Assembly (NCBI GenBank): GCA_035343375.1
Contig: DAOQYW010000006.1
Span: 14,230 to 78,229 of the forward strand
DNA length: 64,000 bases
DNA from: Bacteroidales bacterium
GTDB lineage: Bacteria > Bacteroidota > Bacteroidia > Bacteroidales > ML635J-15
Direction of reading: 5' to 3'
The notes beneath the pieces are model-generated. The model had not been told where the DNA came from, made no database searches, and worked only from the letters and a program-made list of their open reading frames with translations. Shown here piece by piece: positions 40,518 to 45,447 of this stretch (the stretch's first letter is position 1; the number at the start of each line of letters is the position of its first letter). The translations under genes and the position numbers were made by a program.

Positions 40518-42029
40518 ACGACAACAAGCATCTGTAATTATATACAGTATGTTGTTGCAATTATAAACCCACAACCCGAAACTAGTAGCCCGAAATCCGA
40601 AACTAGTAACCCGAAACCCGAAACAAAAAAATCCCGCTATTACCTCGGCAAATACGAAAAACAAATAAACCACACAACCAATACAATAACCGAATATTAC
40701 TACATTGGCGGACCAATGGGCAATACTGCGGTTTACATTAGCGAAAACGGAGAAACACCGGAGCTGTATTACACAATAACTGACCACCTCAGCTCCATTG
40801 TTGCCATTGCAGATGAGGGAGGCGAAATAATTGAAGAACAAGGTTACGACCCTTGGGGGCAGTACAGAAATCCCCAAACTGGCGAACCCGAAGAAACGCC
40901 ACAACTTACTATGCTTTTCCGTGGTTATACCGGACACGAGATGTTGCCCGAGTTCGGCTTAATAAACATGAACGGTCGCCTCTACGACCCCGTAATTGCA
41001 CGAGTTCTCTCTCCCGACAATCATGTGCAAAACCCCTACAATCCACAGAATTATAACAGGTATTCGTATTGTTATAACAATCCGTTGGTGTATGTGGATC
41101 CGAGTGGGGAGTTTATATTTACTTCACTATCTGCTGTATTTTGTCCACCATTAGTGACTTTCGGCGTGATGTTGGATGGGGCACTTTGGGGGAGTACTTT
41201 TAACCTTGGATTACAAACTTTTAATGTTATTAGGGGAAAGCAAAACAGTATAAATTGGTCTCAACTTGGAGGTGCGATGGCTGGTGGTGCAGTATTTGGT
41301 TTAATGGGAATGATGTCTCCGGCATTTAATGTAACATCAACAAGTTTTTCAAACAATTTTTCAACTTATTTAGGTAAAGCTGGCTATGCAACACTGTCTG
41401 GGGCACTTACAACTGCATCAGGAATGATTGTAACAGATTATTTAGATAATGGTAAAATTGATTATAATGTTAGAGATTACATTAAGGGAATTGCATTAGG
41501 AGGTTTGACTTCTGGTGTAATGGCTTTTGGAGGTTCTATGTTCGATTACTTTACTTGGGATAAATATGAATTACAACATCTTGATTTTGAAGGGAATTTA
41601 GATTTAAATGTTAAAAGTAAAATGTCCATATTAAATAAGAAATTTGGTGAAATATCGTATGACCCAAGTCTAATTAAAAAAGGAAATTTTAGTATTAAAA
41701 CCAATTCTGACGGAGAAAGATATTATGAATTGACTATTGGTCCAGATGGTTTGATAAACAAAGGGCAAGCATATACTACTGCAAGTCATGAACAGTATCA
41801 TTTAATTGACTGGACGACAAGCAAAAGACCTTATAAACGATATTTTGGCAGGACTTTTTCACAACAATTTGAGATAAATGCGCATAAACATGCTATGAGA
41901 AGATTTTCAACTCCACCAGAAGTTTGGATTGATAATATATACAAAATGAAGGGTAAATATCCAGGGTATGATTTTAAAGGTATTGCTTTTTCATTTGGGC
42001 CTGCTAAATTTTTGAATTTCTTTTATTAA
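40491..42029 (+). CDS. Orphan RHS repeat-associated core fragment fused to an HExxH C-terminal toxin candidate
   Basis: Terminal YD-type repeats and the RHS core: YYLGKYEK, EYYYIGGP, YYTITDHLSSIVAIAD, GYDPWGQ, FRGYTGHEMLPEFGLINMNGRLYDPVIARVLSPD and YSYCYNNPLVYVDPSGE. These are followed by Gly-rich hydrophobic helices and a C-terminal domain with HEQYH (nt 41787-41801). No YD-repeat shell gene lies upstream. Confidence 0.8.
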   Translation: MFQEIKAYNTTTSICNYIQYVVAIINPQPETSSPKSETSNPKPETKKSRYYLGKYEKQINHTTNTITEYYYIGGPMGNTAVYISENGETPELYYTITDHLSSIVAIADEGGEIIEEQGYDPWGQYRNPQTGEPEETPQLTMLFRGYTGHEMLPEFGLINMNGRLYDPVIARVLSPDNHVQNPYNPQNYNRYSYCYNNPLVYVDPSGEFIFTSLSAVFCPPLVTFGVMLDGALWGSTFNLGLQTFNVIRGKQNSINWSQLGGAMAGGAVFGLMGMMSPAFNVTSTSFSNNFSTYLGKAGYATLSGALTTASGMIVTDYLDNGKIDYNVRDYIKGIALGGLTSGVMAFGGSMFDYFTWDKYELQHLDFEGNLDLNVKSKMSILNKKFGEISYDPSLIKKGNFSIKTNSDGERYYELTIGPDGLINKGQAYTTASHEQYHLIDWTTSKRPYKRYFGRTFSQQFEINAHKHAMRRFSTPPEVWIDNIYKMKGKYPGYDFKGIAFSFGPAKFLNFFY

Positions 42030-42033
42030 AAAA

Positions 42034-42606
42034 ATGAAAATAAAACCAGTAATATTACTCTTATTTCTTTGTTTGACCATGACATCATGTCATGTTCAGC
42101 TCCAATACAAAGGGATTGATTCAGAAAAAATTAATTTGTTTATATCCACAAATGATACTCTTAGTTCAGGAGAAGTAAAAATAAAGTGCATTTTAGTAAA
42201 TAATAAAGATGTTGATATTGCTATTTTAAGATTATTGGATATAAAATCATATCCTGAAAGAGGTCCATATGCATGGTTTGCAAAAATTGTTGAAGAGAAA
42301 AACGATAAATATAAATTTATTCCGTTAACAGATTTCTTTTCTTTTTATCCTGATCAAGATAGTTATATTATTTTAAAGCCAAATGAATTTAAAGAATTGG
42401 AATTCATCATTGACTTTAGGCATTTGAGCGACAAGGAATATCCATTAGAAAGTATTGAAGAATATATGCAATACAACCCCTTGAATACCGACTATGGAGA
42501 ATATTCTGTTACGATATCATACTATGATCAATATAGAATTCACCGCAATGCATTAAATGATAAAGTTGTTAGCAATTCAATCAAAATTATTTATCAAAGC
42601 GAGTGA
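42034..42606 (+). CDS. Lipoprotein, candidate cognate immunity protein
   Basis: Starts 4 nt after the toxin stop. Signal peptide with lipobox (LTMTSC). AT-rich like the toxin tip. I recognise no family; the role is inferred from position only. Confidence 0.5.
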   Translation: MKIKPVILLLFLCLTMTSCHVQLQYKGIDSEKINLFISTNDTLSSGEVKIKCILVNNKDVDIAILRLLDIKSYPERGPYAWFAKIVEEKNDKYKFIPLTDFFSFYPDQDSYIILKPNEFKELEFIIDFRHLSDKEYPLESIEEYMQYNPLNTDYGEYSVTISYYDQYRIHRNALNDKVVSNSIKIIYQSE

Positions 42607-42626
42607 TATTCATGGTGCGAATAGTT

Positions 42627-42784
42627 GCCGCTCCCACAAAGTCTATCCCGTTCAATCTGGAATTACCCCGCTCGCTGCTACCGCAAGACTGCGTCTTGTG
42701 GTTTGAGAAAATTATTTACAAACCACAAGCTAATTTAAAATTCATTATCTTTGAGTAATGATTTCCAAAATTAAAACATATAGT
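42627..42784 (+). repeat. Toxin-cassette leader repeat, copy 2
   Basis: Matches copy 1. It contains the REP-family hairpin ccgcaagac-tgc-gtcttgtgg (42681-42701). An overlapping 11-bp hairpin lies at 42695-42705 / 42719-42729, and TATCTTTG at 42746-42753. Confidence 0.75.
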
Positions 42785-42847
42785 CGTTTATTGTTTCAAG
42801 ATGCAGGTCGGGAGAGTGTTTGTTATTTTGGTACTGTCACAAGATAA
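42758..42847 (+). pseudogene. Truncated start of a second toxin cassette (29 codons, ends inside REP copy 1)
   Basis: MISKIKTYS... parallels MFQEIKAYN... of the first cassette. The frame runs into REP copy 1 and stops at the taa at 42845-42847. Confidence 0.4.
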
Positions 42848-42863
42848 AATCTTGCGACAGCGG
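42834..42863 (+). repeat. REP hairpin copy 1
   Basis: ctgtcacaagat-aaa-atcttgcgacag-cgg. A 12-bp stem with one A.C mismatch. GC-rich relative to its surroundings. Confidence 0.8.
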
Positions 42864-42900
42864 AGTACAATCGATAATTAAAAAAATGTACATTTGTATT

Positions 42901-43455
42901 ATGAGCAGAAATTACAAATTCCATAATCCTGAAGGCGTTTATTTCACAAGTTTTACTGTCGTAGAATGGCTCGATGTCTTTACAAGAAATGAATACAAAG
43001 ACATAGTAATTGATAGTTTTCATTACTGTCAAAAAGAAAAAGGAATGGAGATATTTGCCTGGTGTATTATGACAAGTCACGTTCATTTGATTTTCAGAAT
43101 TATATCCGAACTAACTCCGCAGCAAGTTGTTGGGGATTTGAAGCGTTTTTCAAGCAAGGCTATTGTAAAAGCGATACAAAAGAATCCACAAGAGAGCCGT
43201 AAAGAGTTTTTACTGGAAAAATTTTCTGATGCAGCACAAAAATCTTCAAATGTAAGAGATTATAAATTTTGGCAACATGAAAATCATCCAATAGAGTTAT
43301 GGAGTCCAAAAGTTACCAACGAAAAAATAAATTATATCCATTTTAATCCTGTTGAAGCAGGCTTCGTGTATAAGCCGGAAGAATATATTTATAGCAGTGC
43401 AAAAGATTATAGTGGAGAAAAAGGATTGGTAAATGATGTTATTGTTGTTATATAA
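42901..43455 (+). CDS. REP-associated tyrosine transposase (RAYT) / IS200-family Y1 HUH transposase
   Basis: HUH motif in IMTSHVHLIF, and a C-terminal Tyr helix context INYIHFNPVEAGFV as in COG1943-type RayT proteins. Start taken at MSRNYKF. Confidence 0.8.
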   Translation: MSRNYKFHNPEGVYFTSFTVVEWLDVFTRNEYKDIVIDSFHYCQKEKGMEIFAWCIMTSHVHLIFRIISELTPQQVVGDLKRFSSKAIVKAIQKNPQESRKEFLLEKFSDAAQKSSNVRDYKFWQHENHPIELWSPKVTNEKINYIHFNPVEAGFVYKPEEYIYSSAKDYSGEKGLVNDVIVVI

Positions 43456-43462
43456 TATGTCA

Positions 43463-43493
43463 TGTCACAAGATGCAATCTTGCGACAGCGGGG
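43463..43493 (+). repeat. REP hairpin copy 2
   Basis: tgtcacaagat-gca-atcttgcgaca-gcgggg, 7 nt after the transposase stop. Confidence 0.8.
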
Positions 43494-43537
43494 AAAAAGG
43501 ATTGGTAAGTGATGTTATTGTTGTTATATAATGAGTC

Positions 43538-43593
43538 CTGTCACAAGATGCAACCCCGAAGGGCTCGCTGAAAGCAATCTTGCGACAGCGGGG
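43538..43593 (+). repeat. REP hairpin copy 3 with expanded loop
   Basis: Same arms (ctgtcacaagat ... atcttgcgacag-cgggg), but the loop carries about 24 extra nt (gcaaccccgaagggctcgctgaaagca). Confidence 0.7.
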
Positions 43594-43606
43594 TCTTATG
43601 GTGACT

Positions 43607-43635
43607 TGTCACAAGATAAAATCTTGCGACAGCGG
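43607..43635 (+). repeat. REP hairpin copy 4
   Basis: tgtcacaagat-aaa-atcttgcgaca-gcgg, identical in core to copy 1. It abuts the aminotransferase relic. Confidence 0.8.
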
Positions 43636-43684
43636 AGAAAATTTTGAAGAGGCATTGAAAATTTGGGAAAATTATATCAACTAG
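43634..43684 (+). pseudogene. Relic 3' end of an aminotransferase gene (16 codons plus stop)
   Basis: Reads G-ENFEEALKIWENYIN-stop. It aligns with 40281-40326 of the intact gene (RENFDEVLKIWESYIN...) at 40 of 46 nt by hand alignment. Confidence 0.55.
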
Positions 43685-43702
43685 AATAAAAAAACCGAAA
43701 TA

Positions 43703-43738
43703 AAAATGCCACAGTTTTTTTAGTCTCTGTGGCATTTT
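43703..43738 (-). terminator. Rho-independent terminator of the minus-strand operon
   Basis: Perfect 12-bp stem aaaatgccacag/ctgtggcatttt with a 12-nt loop. On the minus strand it is followed by a T-rich tract (tatttcggttttttt). Lies 23 nt past the stop at 43762. Confidence 0.7.
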
Positions 43739-43761
43739 ATTAACAGTTATAATTATTAATT

Positions 43762-45447
43762 TCACGTCTTTTTAAAAGTGAAAGTTATACCATCCTCAGT
43801 TTTTCTTGTCATAGTATTGCCTTCAACAGTGTAAGATTCTCCTCCACCCGAAACATAAGTAAAGGTAATTGTATTTCCTGACAATTTCCACGTTCCTTTT
43901 GTACCTCCAATATAATTACCACTATTGATAGGATTATAATCTTCCTGATATGTCCCATCAGCATTTATTGTAAATCTGTGATAATTTACTAGTCTTTGTC
44001 CGTCAGATCTGCTGACAAATTCATATACACCAACAACATTAACGGGTTTTGGTTTTATATTGTCCTTATCCTTATCCTTATCCTTATCCTTGTCCTTGTC
44101 CTTGTCCTTGTCCTTGTCCTTGTCCTTGTCCTTATCTTTATCCGTACCTTCAACACATAAGTTTATTTCACCAACGTTAATTTCCGTTTTTTTATCAGGA
44201 TTTGAAATTTCTTTTTGAACTTTAGAATCGCCAATACTTATTGTGAGTGTCGAGTTTTTAACAGTGCTAGGAATAGACAGCTCAAAATTTCCGTCTTTTG
44301 TGTACATATTTGAAAATTCCGGTTCACCCCAGGTAAGATTTGCCTGACCTCCGGTGTTTTTGTCATCACAGCCTGTAATTGTTCCACTTATCATGGTCAT
44401 TGCAGGTACAGAAATGTCTAGGACTACGGTTTCTTTATCTTTCAAGGGGCCGGCATTTAGTTTTATTTCAAAACCTTTATAATTCATACCAACAACAAAA
44501 TTCTGTCCTGCAGGAACCTGTGCTGAATAATTTCCATCATTGTCAGTAACGGCAGTAGTTTGAAATACTTTAACGCTTTGCCCTTTGATTGGTCTGCCGC
44601 TGCGGTCAATAACTTTCCCTTTTACAGTACCTGTCGATTTTTCAGGAACCCCAATAGCCCATGAACTAAAATGTTTTGTTTTTGCAAGATAATAACTGCC
44701 TTGTTTTCTGGCAATTGACTCAAATTTCCATAAACCGCTTTCTTCGTCGTATGAATACATTTCCATTTCTTCCGGCATATAATCCCTGTCTTCGTATGGA
44801 ATTGCAACTTTGATGTTAGCATCAGCTTTTAGGCTTACCGGTCCTCTGTTGTCTGATAATTCAATAAACATTAAACCATATGCGAATAAAATAATTTCCT
44901 CATCATTTTTATTTAGACCTTTTAAGTTTTCTCCTGGCACTAAATTACCAAAACTATAATCGTTTGACGGAATTAGTGAAAAATTTGCATTTATATTTGT
45001 TTCATTAGACTTTATCGAACCAGGAGCCAATACTAAAGAAGACCCATCAGCCAGCTTTAATTCACCTCCTTGTGATACAGAAATTCTTGAACCGGCACCA
45101 AATCCATCTTTAGTATTACCGTGTGGCATCATGGCTATTTGTATCTGATTTATTTCTTCCGGTTTAGAAACTAGAATTGAATTGTTGTAATAATTTTCTT
45201 TTTCAAAATTTACAATTATTTGTTTATCTGTTGGTTCTAAAGCATCGAAAAGAAAACTACCGGTTTCTGATGTAGTGAACAGTTTTCCGTTTACACTTAC
45301 TTTAACTCCTTTAAGCGGATAGTTATTGTTGTCTGTAACAACTCCAGAAATGGTCATTGTTTCATTTTTTTTATTCTGTAGGAAATTGCATGCTGTAAGC
45401 ATTGTCAAAAATGCCAGACTAATTACTATTAAAAGTTTTGTTTTCAT
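43762..45447 (-). CDS. Lipoprotein with carboxypeptidase-regulatory-like domains, a (KD)n linker and a small C-terminal beta domain
   Basis: Lipobox LTMLTAC. Three CarboxypepD_reg-like segments (ISGVVTDNNNYPLKGVKVSVNG, VKGKVIDRSGRPIKGQSVKVF, ISGTITGCDD), then a poly-DK tract. Confidence 0.7.
   Translation of the reverse strand: MKTKLLIVISLAFLTMLTACNFLQNKKNETMTISGVVTDNNNYPLKGVKVSVNGKLFTTSETGSFLFDALEPTDKQIIVNFEKENYYNNSILVSKPEEINQIQIAMMPHGNTKDGFGAGSRISVSQGGELKLADGSSLVLAPGSIKSNETNINANFSLIPSNDYSFGNLVPGENLKGLNKNDEEIILFAYGLMFIELSDNRGPVSLKADANIKVAIPYEDRDYMPEEMEMYSYDEESGLWKFESIARKQGSYYLAKTKHFSSWAIGVPEKSTGTVKGKVIDRSGRPIKGQSVKVFQTTAVTDNDGNYSAQVPAGQNFVVGMNYKGFEIKLNAGPLKDKETVVLDISVPAMTMISGTITGCDDKNTGGQANLTWGEPEFSNMYTKDGNFELSIPSTVKNSTLTISIGDSKVQKEISNPDKKTEINVGEINLCVEGTDKDKDKDKDKDKDKDKDKDKDKDKDKDNIKPKPVNVVGVYEFVSRSDGQRLVNYHRFTINADGTYQEDYNPINSGNYIGGTKGTWKLSGNTITFTYVSGGGESYTVEGNTMTRKTEDGITFTFKKT
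44062..44139 (-). repeat. Hexanucleotide tandem repeat (GTCCTT/ATCCTT)x13 encoding (KD)n
   Basis: 13 consecutive 6-nt units read directly from the sequence. In frame within the CDS. Confidence 0.9.

Larger units (their letters stand above)
42834..43493 (+). mobile_element. IS200-like / RAYT unit: Y1 transposase gene bracketed by same-orientation REP hairpins
   Basis: Imperfect palindromes lie 37 nt upstream of the ATG and 7 nt downstream of the stop, both on the same strand, as for IS200/IS605 LE/RE hairpins. The unit is about 660 bp. Confidence 0.6.

Noticed and set aside
40467-40937. 156-aa minus-strand ORF overlapping the start of the RHS-core gene
   Set aside because: It is antisense to a region with clear RHS-core homology. 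Its length is propped up by the 21-nt tandem repeat (FGFRVTSFGFRATSFG mirror image), and it has no recognisable motifs.
43541-43765. 74-aa minus-strand ORF across REP copies 3-4 and the terminator
   Set aside because: It is composed of REP hairpins, the aminotransferase relic read backwards, and a terminator stem. It is not a plausible gene.
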